In this document: piece by piece, positions 10,466 to 22,411 of the stretch | Position numbering within the stretch: position 1 is the stretch's first letter | Layout: the number at the start of each line of letters is the position of its first letter | DNA from: Azolla caroliniana | Lineage: Eukaryota; Plantae; Polypodiophyta | Assembly (NCBI GenBank): GCA_043228905.1 | Contig: JBHGNT010000003.1 | Coordinates: 13,826,001-13,890,000 of the forward strand | Direction of reading: 5' to 3' | Length of the DNA stretch: 64,000 bases | Notes under the pieces: model-generated | Seen by the model: the letters and a program-made list of their open reading frames with translations, nothing else | What the model was told of the DNA's origin: nothing | Database searches by the model: none | Program-made: the position numbers and the translations under genes

Positions 10466-10932
10466 CCTTGTATGGGACTCCAAGGACTTCGCCCTATTCG
10501 ATTTTGGGGAAATATGAATCGGCACCAAAGTTCAGACAGTAGTCAAAAAGAAAAAACAAATGTTTGGGGTTTCTGTAACTGAAACATACCTGGACGATGA
10601 TCGAGCGGGTTCTGTGTTGTAGCTCTCAATCTGCAATGTCGATTTTTTGCTGTTGCGGGAGCTACGTCTGCGTTCGTGCTCTGAGTACTCCATCTGCGTT
10701 CAAAATCAGACTTAGGCTAAACAGGAAATTGATGACATTGAAGTCGACCTTAGATGATGGTGATATTCCCCAAGTTCCACTACGTCTGAAACAGAAGTTC
10801 AAATATTTGAGTTTTTTCATAAAAATTAGTTTTTCAAATATTTGATTTTCCCACAAAAAAGACTAGCTAAACAAATAGCTAATTAGCTATGGCCATTTTA
10901 GTAGCTAATTAGCTATAATAGTGTTTCCACTC

Positions 10933-12142
10933 GCATGCTTTTACCCTTATCTTTTCGACGCGCCTCCTCATCTAGCAAGCTCGACTTTACGCTTGCTAGG
11001 GATAACTGTTTCCCTTCCGTCCCGGCGTTGCCCAAAGTGAAAACCAACATCTCCCAGCTATCCGGGAGGGAACTGAGCAGGAGTAGCGCTAGTACCTCGT
11101 CGGCGAGAGGTACTTCCAATGATGTTGCCTGGTGTATCAGCCCCTGGAAGGCATTCATGTGCTCCGCCTTGCTGGAGCCATCTTGGTACTGGAGTCTTAC
11201 TAGCTTCCAGAATACCGAAACCTGGGTAACAACATTTTTGTTCTAAAACATAATGTCGATCTTCTCCCAGAGCTCGTGAGCCTTGCTCTCTTCATTGAAG
11301 TTGTTGTAAAGGCTCATGTCAATGAAGCACCGTATGTACGCCGTTGTCTTCATGTGCATCACCTCCCATATCGTGGTGTGGATTTTGTCCGGTCTCTTGT
11401 CCTCGAACTGAATCGGGAACCAAAGATCTTTAACCACGAGCATGTCCCTCATCTTCGACTTCCACACTGAATAGTTGGATCCGGTGAGCTTGAACATGCC
11501 ACCCAACGATTTGTCCATCTTCTCTGTCATTTCGCTCTAATACCACTTTGACAGGAACTACACGCTCTGATGAACAACGCTCGGCCATAACCGAGTCTAA
11601 AATCAAACACAGAAAATGGATAATGAACGCACGACACAAAGGAGAGAAGAGTACACAAGATGTTTAACGTAGAAAACCCTGAGAGGGAAAACCACGGGAG
11701 TTCACAAACTCCAAACTATCACTATATCACAATGATTACAACAGTGAACTGATGGAGGCAACGACCTCGTGCTCATGATCTTCGCCACATGCGGTGGTTA
11801 CAACAGAGGCAACGACCTCTTCCTCTCTCTCTCTCTCTGTACACCGTTACGCGCTCTCTGATCTAGCGCCAACAAGAATGACAACAACAACTCTAAGTTT
11901 TCCCTAAGTCATATTTATACTAATATGACTTTTCGGCTATTTACATATATAGCCCCGATGGAGTCTCAGAAACATATTTACGAATATGTCCCTTCATCGG
12001 GTGAGCACTCCTCACCGGGCCTGCATCATCCGGCGCTTGCCGAGCCCTCATCATCCGGTTCTCACCGGGTCTTCCATTTCCGGGTACTCCTTCATCCGGT
12101 TCTTACTGGGTAATCCCATCCGGAGGGACCTGTTTCCTAACA
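10933..12142 (-). mobile_element. Ty1/copia element 1: 5' LTR 11549-12142, tRNA-iMet PBS, gag start, interrupted by Sola2
   Basis: TG...CA LTR, PBS TGGTATTAGAGC, gag KLTGSNYSVWK...; close relative of the copia at 35803-41190. Confidence 0.92.
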
Positions 12143-12145
12143 CCC

Positions 12146-12276
12146 TTCACGTCGGGTTCACCAAATATGCCGCATTATTACGTGCGTGCGTGTAGAAGGG
12201 CGGGACCACGGGGGTCTCGGACGAGGGAAGAAGGGAAGCCGAGAATACGATTCCGGACGCATTCCGGAAGCAACCG

Positions 12277-12331
<55 letters not shown>

Positions 12332-12990
12332 TTGACACCGACTCTCACACACACAGACGACGCCGACCCAACTCATGCCCTTATGTACAGAAATGGAGGT
12401 AAGAGGACACCAAAGCACCCGCACAAACACCGATACGCAGAACCCTCCACACATATATTACAAGATGAAGATACAATAATGGCATCAAGCCCGACTTAAG
12501 TAGCTCAGGTTGCAACAATCGTCTACTGCCAAGCCGTCGATCAGGGAGCTCTCAGGCTTGTTGCATCGAGCGGGGTCTTGCACAAGGGACGGGGCAGCAA
12601 ACAGAAACACTACAAGTCCCGGCTCGATACACAGAACGACGAAGAGGAAGAAGTAGAGGAAAGAAGAAGAAGAAACAAAACCCTAAAACAAGAGGAAGAG
12701 AAAGAGATGATGTCTCTTAATCCAACGGTATACCCTACGATTGCAAAAATGGGCAACCCCTTCACAAGAGGCTCTCCCTTCCTTTTATAGAACAAGGCGG
12801 GAGATGCGTTACAATGTGGGATAAATCCTGACCTACATGGGATTCTCTATCCCGACTTGACTACTCTTCGGCGCCATAAAGGCGCCCTCGTTATTCACAC
12901 TAAATGTACAAGGGTGAGCGCACATGCTGCACCCTACCGATGTAGCCAATATTTCCCGGTTTCCGCTTCTGGCCGAAATTCTTCATGACA
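12146..12990 (-). mobile_element. 5' LTR (12168-12990) and tRNA-Trp PBS (12146-12163) of an LTR element, probably gypsy
   Basis: TGTCATGAAG...GCGGCA termini. Plus strand TTCACGTCGGGTTCACCA matches the plant tRNA-Trp 3' end as I recall it. Homologous to LTRs at 14829 and 30861. Confidence 0.8.
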
Positions 12991-15509
12991 CCGGGCGGAA
13001 CGGACTTCCGGATAACCTATCCGGAAGGGAGGAAGAGGGAAGCCTAGAAGAGGACGATAACCGATACATCAACATGCGAAGAAGGAAGACCCAGGATAAG
13101 GGTCAGGGATACAGCAAGCCTGAGGAGGATCCTTCACACCGGTTTTAGAGACTCTGGCGGTTGGTCGAGAGCCGGTGTGAGACCTAGTGTGACGAACGGT
13201 GGCGTCAAGGGGACGAGGGCGAAAGGCAGCGAAAGGCCGATCCTATGGGTTCCTCACACCAATCCGGAGACGCCGGCAGTTCAAGCCGACGTGGCAACGT
13301 GAAACTGAGTGAGAAGGATGATGGCGACAGGAAACGGAACCCGACGATAAAGGAAGTGCAGTGGGGCAATAAAGGAAGTGAGGTGGGGCGATAAAGGAAG
13401 TGCGGATGGGCGATCCTCACACCGATCCGGAGACATCGGCAGTTCAAGCCGACGTGGCAACGTGAGACCGAGTGAGAAGGATGGTGGTGGCAGATGAACG
13501 GGATCAAGCAGGAGGGGCGAAGGCAGAGCGGAAAGGAGGTATTGGGCCGGCACAGTGGCCACTAACCGAAACCGGGCCGGAAGACAACGCGGAAGGAGGA
13601 GGAAGAAACGAAAGACAATCCTATGGGATTCTCACACCAATCCCGGGACACCGGCAATTCAAGCCGACGTGGCAACGTGAGACCAAGTGAGAAGGATGGT
13701 CACGACAGGAAATGGGAATCGGTGATGCAGAAAGAGCGGATTGGGAGCCGGTGAGACGGGAGCCGGCAAGACTCGAATTGAAGAAGGGGCGAACCCTTAC
13801 CGGCCGGTTACGGTTTCGGAAGGAGCCGGTAAGGGCCAAGCAGGGAGCAGTGTGTCAAGCCAGAAAGGCACACCCGGGAGCGGAATGGAAGACGTGCATG
13901 TGGCCATTTAGGGACGGTTTGAAGCAGGAGTACGGAACGGTGTTCGACACGGGTGGTGCCGAACAAAGACGGCACGCGGCGGTGCCGGGAATGAGGTAAC
14001 ATGGGTGTCCAACAGACTGCACGGTTGAAGACCGGAGACGGTATCAAGAGCCGGAGAAGGGCCCTCCACACTCGCTTTGGAGATCTCGGCGGCTTAGTCG
14101 GAGTGACAACGACTAGCGTGGAAAGCCAAGCCCGAGATGACAAGCCTGTGGGGGTGAGGGGACGACGGCAAGCAGAAGGCTCCGGACTGGTCGCAACGGT
14201 GCGAGACAAAAGGGGGGGGCAAGCGGGCTACTACGGGGTGTTCCTCGGGCACGGAGGACACCAGTAAGAGGAGAGAGCACGGCACATGGAGGTGCCAGAG
14301 CGGGAACATCGGTGCGTAGATAGGTTCTCCAGTTTAGGTGATTTTGCATAGAAGGTTAGAGAGGGATCCTCCACACTGGTTCCGGAGAGCTTGGTAGTTT
14401 GGCCACCGTGGCATCGTAAGACCAAGGAGAAGGTAGGTGACAGCGAGGGACGAAGGAGATGGAGATCAACACGGGACGAGAACCAGGACGACGCAAAGGT
14501 CGATGGAGGCTGAGCAGGCCATCACGGGTGCTCCTCAAACGGGGGATACCGCGTAACCGAATGAATGAGAGGCGTGCATGCGATCAAGAGAAGGGCCAAC
14601 GAGGAAGCACGCGCACTACGGGATCACGGCGAATGACCTATCGACAAGTCGAACAAGCCTACGGCGAGGCAAACATGGAAAAGGAACTGGAGCCAACGAT
14701 TCAGACCGGCGAGGGCAACGCGGCAGCCAGAATGCAGATTATTGAAGACCAGTTCCTCACCGGCGAAATCTCTCACATTTCTCCGAACTTGGCATGTATT
14801 GGTGCACGTGCGGTTTGGTGGGGGCGGATGTCGTGAAGATTCTGGGCCATGGTGAAAAACCAAGGAATATCGGAAGAATCGGTAGAGTGCATCATGTGCA
14901 CTCACCCTTGTATAAACGTTTGAATAAAAGGGGTGCCTTTATGGCGCCGAGTGGGAGTCAAGTTGGCACAAAGAATCCCATATAAATCAGGATTTATCCC
15001 ACATTGTAACACATCCCTCTCCTTGTTCTATAAAAGGAAGGGATGGTCCCTTGTAGAGGGGTTGCCCATTTTGAGTCGTAAGGGTATACCATTTTGTAGA
15101 GGGTCGTTTTGTTAAGAATTTCTAGGGTTAGTAACTATCTTGCAGTCTTCTTCTTCTTCTCCTTCTTGAGAAGCCGGGCGCAGTAGCCATGGCAACAAAG
15201 CTCTGTTAGGGTTAACGTCTTTTCTTCTGAGCGTAGCCCGGCTCAAAGCCGGGGTTGTATCTTTTCCTTTGTAATATATACGCTTGTATCTGTTTGTGCA
15301 TGTTGGTGTATCCGGTGGAGTCGGGAGCATAGCCCTTCATTCCCTGTGCATAAGAATCAGTGTCGTACGCACACACACTCTCTCTCTCCCTTGTGTTCGG
15401 TCACCTCCGGGTCGTGTTCGGAGTCGGTTTTCTTGGCATCCCTTTTTCCCTCGTCCGAGAAGCCCGTGGTCCCGCCCCTTTCTACACACATGCGCGTAAT
15501 GCCACGACA
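12991..15509 (+). mobile_element. 3' part of LTR element: GC-rich 3' region, PPT and 3' LTR 14829-15509; inserted in the 5' LTR of copia 2
   Basis: PPT-like GGTGGGGGCGGA before TGTCGTGAAG; LTR ends CGACA. Three internal repeats of TTCAAGCCGACGTGGCAACGTGA at 13250-13710. Confidence 0.75.
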
Positions 15510-18500
15510 GCGTACTATGTATATTCAAGCTCTCCATTAAACTTGCGTTTCTGTGTTCGGTTTTCTATTGCTCCCGCACGCTATTCTTTTTACATGGTAT
15601 CAGAGCGCGAGGGTTGAGAACCTCTACAGCCGACCTTAGCTCAAAGAAGAAAACCTAACCTTCATGAAGAACAGGAAAAACAAAATGGATAGAGGCATGG
15701 CTAGCTCGCTTCCGACAGAGAAGCTCGACAGAAACAACTACGCGTCTTGGTCTTACAAGATGCACCAGTACCTGCTCGGGCACAGTTACTAGAGCTACGT
15801 CGACGGAGCAAATGACCCAGCACCCGATTTGACACATAGAGATCTCCTAGCATGGGAACTGTCGGCGAGCAAAGTCCTCTACTACTTCGCGTCTTGTGTG
15901 GGCGAACAACTTCTAAGCTACATTCGGGATGCGAAAATGTGAAAGGATGCTTGGGGAAATCTGAAAAAGATTTTCGCCGCAAGCACCACAGCCAGAAAAG
16001 CTCAAACTCCGACAGGAGTTGAGCAACTTGTGACAATGCGATTTGTCGGTGGCTGATTACACCTCGAAGATCAAAGAGATATGTGACTCCTTAGGCTCTA
16101 TCAATGTGAACATCAAGGAAGGCGAGGTGGTGCAGATCTGTCTCGGGGGACTAGCGTCGAAGTTCAGAGCGTTCCGAACTGCTGTGTGTACACGGGAGAA
16201 TACGCCGTCATTTTTCAACCTACAGTCGATGCTCCTTATAGAGGAGAACCATTCGGGTGTGTCGACGAGTATGCACGCCGATAGCAAGATGTTGTACATG
16301 GAGGGAGATAAGTCCCGTGCCGTTGTGGACGAGACGAGTCAGTGCGCAATGGAGGCGGCCCACGGGATCAAGGAAGAAAGCACCGAAATGATGCCGACAA
16401 CAATTCCGGACCCTCCGGAAACAGGGCGAGTCAAGGAGACGAGAACTGACAGGGGAAATCAGCCGCGGAATGCTGGTACTGTGGCAAGAAAGGCCACAAG
16501 GAGAGTGAGTGCTAGAAGAAGCGCACTGATACGGAGAGGACCGGATCCGGATCAGGTTCCAGACAAACCGACAAGGGTAATCGGCAGCGATCAGACTACA
16601 CCATAGGATCTGGAAAAGCCAGAAAAGGGTCAGCCTTCGTGATGAGACATGAAGCGAACTCGATGAAGAAGTCCACCCCTAAATCGGACGAGGTTTGGTA
16701 CGTCGACTCCAGCGCATCAAACCACATGACATGCAACAAGGAGTTGTTCTCATACCTTGAGAACCGATGCAACATGGGAGTAGTCGCAACCGGAGACGAC
16801 ACTCCGCATCCGACCGCGAATGTCGGTGAAGTTCTCCTGAGCCATGTCGGGCAAAAAGGGAAACTCATGAACGTGTTACACGTTCCAACAATCACGAAGA
16901 ACATGGTATCGGTCGGACAGATCGTCGACTAGGGGATGCAAGTTCGGTTTACGCATCTCGGGTGCTTCATCGAGGAAGAAGGCCGAGTTATTGCACAAGG
17001 GCGCAGAGACGGGAGGATGTTTATCCTCGACTCTAGTGACAGTGACACCGCAATGTTCGTGAAAGGACATAAAGTCGACTCAGATATCGACTTATGGCAC
17101 AAGCGGGTAGGCCACGTCAACTATCAACGTCTTCAGGACCTGCAATTGAAATAGGTGGTGTTTGGATTGCCCAAAATTAGTGGCCGGAAGGCACAAATTT
17201 GTGAAGCCTTCTAGCTAGGGAAGCAACACCAACTTCCTTTCCCTAACGAGTGTAAAAGGAGCCGGAACAAGCTCGACTTCATACATTTCGATGTATGGGG
17301 GCCGGCATAGAACGTTAGTCTTGGCGGGAGTCGATATTTCGTCTCCTTCATCGACGACTATATGCGGCACACGTGGATCTACCTCGTTGAGAAGAAGAGT
17401 GAAGTCTTCGACTGTTTCCGGAACCTCAAGGGTCTCGTCGAAAGGGAAACAGGAAGAAAGATCAAGTGCATACGGTCGGATGGCGGAAAAGAGTACTTTT
17501 CCGGTCAATTCAACGAGTATCTGCAACAGATGGGACTTCAACGCGAATTCAGTTGTAGATATACACCGGAGCAAAATGGCGTGGCCGAAAGGAAATATCA
17601 GTCGATTGTAGAAGCGGCGCGGGCAATGTTGGAAGAAAAGAGCTTGCCCAAGTTCTATTGGGCCGAGGCGGTACGAACCGCGGTGTACATCTAGAATCAT
17701 ATCCGAGACAAAGTGTCGGCGGATGAGCAATATTTCGAAAGCAATATTTCGATCTCGTGTCGGTTAAGTGAACCGTACGAGCGACTGGGTCGGTTTGACC
17801 AGTCCGAAGAAGAGGTGGTGAGTAGTGGAGACTCGGCCATGCATTCCCTGCGTAGGAAGCCAAGGAGACGGCTTATGCACAAGGAAAAAGGGAAGAAGAA
17901 GGTGTCGGATTACGACATGGATAGGAACGAGTCAGATCGACGCGAGTCCAACTTCGAGGGAAATGATGACGGGTCTTCGAGAGCGAAGTTCTCGTCGGCC
18001 AAGAAAGCCGCAACATCGGCTAGTGAGCAATTACGCCGATCTACCCGCCAGAAGAACCCTGTTGTGCGGTTCGGATACAATGATTACATGGCGCATCACT
18101 TTGCGTACATAACCCGGGTAGCGGAAGTGCGTGAGCCAGAGAGCTACGCATAAGCGGCGAAGGACGCGAATTGGCGTGCCGCAATGGAGGAAGAGATGCA
18201 CACATTGGAGGAAAATGAAACCTCGGACCTGGTTGACGCACCGAAAGGTGTGAAGCAAATCGGATGTAGGTGGGTGTACTAGGTCAAGTACAACACCGAT
18301 GGCTCGGTTAACCGATACAAGGCCCGCTTAGTAGCGAAATGCTACACGCAACAACATGGCATTGACTACGATGAGACGTTTGCGACGGTCGCAAAGATGA
18401 CGATCATCCGTGTTTGGCTTGCGGTAGCTCCGGCGAAGGGGTGGCACTTACATCAGATGGATGTAAGGAATGCATTCTTGCAATGTGAGCTTGAGGAATA

Positions 18501-20558
18501 GGTGTACATGGTACAACCCCCCGGATTTCACTCCGGAACGAACACCTCGGCGGTGTGCCAGTTGAAGAAGTCCCTTTACGGACTAAAGCAAGCCCCACGT
18601 GCCTGGAACGCGAAGATCACGCAACGATTGCGTCGGATGGGCTTTGTGACGTCAAAATCGGACTCCTCACTATTCATCCGGAAAGGTCGGCTCGGGCTGG
18701 TTAGTAGTTTACTTTATGTTGATGACTTGGTCATCACCGACGCCGACCTAGGTGAGATTGACCTTGGGGACCTTCACTACTTCCTCGGGATCGAAGTGAT
18801 CGGCACCCCCGAAGGCATACTGATCAGCCAACGGCATTATGTGCTTAGTATGCTCTTCAAATTCGGGATGGCCGACTGTAAGTCCGTCTCGCCTCCTCTG
18901 GATAGAACCGTCAAGCTTCGCGCCGATTCTGGAAAGGTATGCGACCCGACGTGGTTCCCACAGATAGTCGGAAGCCTTATATACTTGACCATCACCCAAC
19001 CAGATCTCAGCTACCCGGTCGGGGTGATTAGTCAGTTCATGGCGAGACCTACCAAGGAGCACCTTCAGTGTGCGCAATGCGTACTACGGTACGTAAGCAG
19101 CACTAAGGACCGGGGGCTACTATATCGGACCGGTACAGCCCCGTAGTTGGTCGGCTACACCGATGCCGACTGGGCCGGCAACGTCGCCAATCGCTGATCC
19201 ACGTCCAGTTTCGCTTTCTCTCTTGGTTGTGTCGCGATCGTGTGGAGTAGCAAGAAGTAGCCGACAGTTGCACTGTCGAGCACTGAAGCAAGAGGAGCGG
19301 CTATTGCTACATGCAAAGGCATATGGTTGAAGCAACTACTTAAGGATCTGCAGGTGGAGGTATCCGATCCAACGACAATCTACTGCGACAACCTCTGCAG
19401 CATCTAGCTAGCAAAGAACCCCGTCTTCCACGCCCAGACTAAGCACATTGAGGTGCACTACTATTTCGTCCGTGAGTGGGTCCTCTCCGCTGAAGTCGAA
19501 CTTCAGTATGTTCCAACGGATCGGTAGACCGCTAACATCTTCACCAAGCCTCTTGGTCTGGACAAGTTGCGGCAATTCTCGGGTGCGCTTGGGTTGCGTC
19601 ACCACGACGTGCCAAACTTGAGGGGGAGAGACGTCTGGAATAACCACGGAAGGGGGAGAGAAGTTTCGGAAGACCGCGACGCCGAGTCAGATGACGAATT
19701 CGATTTCGGATCAGTTAAAGAAGCCGAGGGCGGATCCGTGAAAGATTCCAAAATCGGACATAAGGGGAGAAGTTGAAAGAAAGAGCCGAAGCCAACCAAG
19801 CGTGGGGAGACGAAGCCATCAAGGGCGAGAAGACCGAAGACGAGTTGGAGACAACCAACTCGGACAAAAGCGAAAACCAATCAAAGGAAGCCGAGTCGGT
19901 TCGGATGTTTGATTCGGATACGCCAAATCAACTGAGGGCCAAGCGGAAGAGAAGGCAACAGAAGAAGCGCCAACACCGCGACAGCAACGGAGCTGAGAAG
20001 GGCCGCACGAGCATGCAAGCCGACCGGAAGGGTCGAGGAGCGCGAGCAAGGCGTGAAGCCAGAAGGAACTGGAGCGTAGATCCGGAAGAGCGGATGGAAC
20101 CTCAAGTTGAGCTTTAGGGGGAGTGTTGAGATACAAGCTCAACATTGGCTAGATCGGCTGTGCAAGCTTAGAACCAGATCGGTTGGGATCGATCGGTTAG
20201 GCCGGACTGGTGCGTAAACTGGTGCGCAGACCGGTGCACAACGAGAAGCCGTAGCAGTGCGTAAACCGCGAGGCCGTTGGAAAGATATTCCGACTAGGAA
20301 TATATTTTGGGAGTTAGTGTAGAGCTCAGTTATGAGCATTGAAGTACGTGTCAGTACTTCTGTCAATCCGTATGGACTTGTATAAAAGTGCTCACTGAGT
20401 ACATCCTATATACAGACTGAGTATTATTTTTTAATTGAGTTGTGTGTATTGACTCTCTCTCTCTCTCTCTCCCGCATATTGTGTATATTCAAGGTCTCCA
20501 TTAAACCTGCGTTTCTCTGTTCGGTTTTCTACTGCTTCCACACACTATTCTTTTTACA
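15510..20558 (+). mobile_element. Degenerate Ty1/copia element 2 (5' LTR remnant 15510-15594, PBS 15595, gag-PR-IN-RT-RH, 3' LTR 20124-20558)
   Basis: TGGTATCAGAGC PBS; WYVDSSASNHM protease; RSDGGKEY integrase; LYGLKQAPRAW and YVDDL RT; PPT AGGGGGAG; many stops. Confidence 0.95.
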
Positions 20559-21863
20559 AATCTATATGAGCATATGGTGGCTCACCGATTTACTTTCATT
20601 TGATTTATTTTTGAAGGTGTATAACCTTGGACAGAAATGGTGGCATACTTCATAAAGAAGAACGGAATTAAGCTTGGAAACATGAAGGTTGAAGCGAATT
20701 GGTGGAATGTAATTAATTCTGACATGGATGTCAAATGTGCAAGGTCTATGATAGTTAATCATTTGTTGACATCTTGGCAAAGTATATATGGATTTTGTGG
20801 AATGGCATCCCCCACAAGAAAGGGGATGTGCCAATTCATTACAAATGGAGGTTTTGGTGATATCAAGGTAGTTGAGGTGGGAAGGTAAACAAATTCTTAA
20901 CCTTCAATTTAATCGGATTGCTAGATTGGGTTTGGTAACAATTAAGGATGCAATGATGGTTTCACAAAGAAGATTAATGTCTTTTCGAACAATAAGATCA
21001 ACATTTCGTATTCCAAAAGGTTATAACTTTATTTGGGATAATTTGCAACAAATACTATCTTCGCATGAACCAATTCCTGATTTAGATCGGTGATCTCAAG
21101 AGATTGACTATGATGTCAGCAAATGTTGCTTATCACAAGTTGATTGAAGAACATAAGTGGTTGGAAGAAAGGGCTATAAAGATATGGGGTTTTCATAAGC
21201 CCATTACTTGGTGGCTTCATGTGATCAAGGCAGGTTGTTGTTCTCAATTGATGCTACAAGCCAAGGTATTTATTTGGAGAGTTATGGTTGGAGCTTTACC
21301 ATTGAGGGATGCATTAAAAAAAAGAAACATTACTAAAGGACTGTGTTTCTTTTGTTCGGTAGAATTGGAACGTAGTAGGCATCGATTTATTTCATGCCTG
21401 ATGGCAAGGATGGTTTGGAGATGTATCAGTTTAGTGTGGATGTCTCTAATAGGAGTAAGTCTATCTTCCTTCAGTTGGGTTTTTGCACATATGGAGAACA
21501 ATGAACCAATGCCTCATTTTCAAATTATTTTTGAGTTCTTGAGGTATTTGGGGCTATGGTTCAATTAGAATATGCGAAATTCCTTCATTTTTTATTCGCA
21601 AGTTGGGGTGAGAAAATATTCTCTAAAGTTAAAGGACTTCTTTTGTGGCAATTGACAGTGCTAGAGAAGTCACGAAATCTCAACCAAGAAGAGAGAGAAC
21701 TTTGCAAGGTCACATATCATCATATTCGCCATTTGAATTGGTGTGTAGGGTGGCATTGAGTTTGGTGTCGTAGTAGTCTTTGGATCCCTAGATACAAGGG
21801 CTCTATACTTTGTAGTAAGTTAGTCATGGTGGTGTTTTTTCTTTCGTAATGAAAGCCATTATT

Positions 21864-21906
<43 letters not shown>
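20559..21906 (+). mobile_element. L1-type LINE 3' fragment with zf-RVT and adjacent (GA)n run
   Basis: KVFIWRVMVGALP...CFFCSVELERSRHRFISC zinc-binding motif; GA run about 21868-21906. Confidence 0.8.
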
Positions 21907-21907
<1 letters not shown>

Positions 21908-22411
21908 AAACTTAGAGACGAAAAACAAGAAGTTGTATGAGACAAAATGAAATACATCCAACAGTAACTAAGTTACAAAAGGTTGGTTAAAATACCATCT
22001 AACCTAGGGCAAGTGCCCTTTCTACTATTTACAAAACTAGCCTAATGTGTCCACTAGTAGTGTGAAAGTCATTTCATTGGGAAGTTGGGTTTGATTCTCA
22101 ACAGGAAGATTATTTACAAGCTCCTTAGAGCTACTTTAATTAAGCAGAGAGGTGGGGGAGAATTTATAAATCCGAGAATGATAAATAATGAGGAGAGACT
22201 CCTCCATATATAGGCCAAGGGGTGGTTGTTAGGCCAAGAGGTAGCTTTTGGGCTCCCTTGTGGCTGGTCGTTGGCACTGGAACGTTGTTGTTCTTGTAGG
22301 AAGGTGTGGGACTAGATATTTCCTAAGTCCCAACTCAGATTGGGACTCATAGTCCCAACCCTCTTTGGGACAGGGACATGGACTTCGTGATTTTTGAACT
22401 TGAAATACCCA

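Larger units (their letters stand above)
1..10932 (+). mobile_element. Sola2-like DNA transposon with cargo genes; left end outside window
   Basis: Transposase with Sola2-type motifs. Right end reads ...GTGTTTCCACTC (5'-GAG on minus strand, matching Sola2 GRG...CYC termini) exactly where a copia gag is cut off. The subterminal region shares the TAGCTAATTAGCTA motif with the internal arrays. Confidence 0.8.

Noticed and set aside
12147-12499. ORFs with RERERE or SLSLSL tracts
   Set aside because: Translation of a (GA)n microsatellite in an LTR.
12168-15509. DIRS-like or foldback element with long inverted termini
   Set aside because: Each arm is a TG...CA LTR with its own PBS or PPT; no tyrosine recombinase; explained by nesting.
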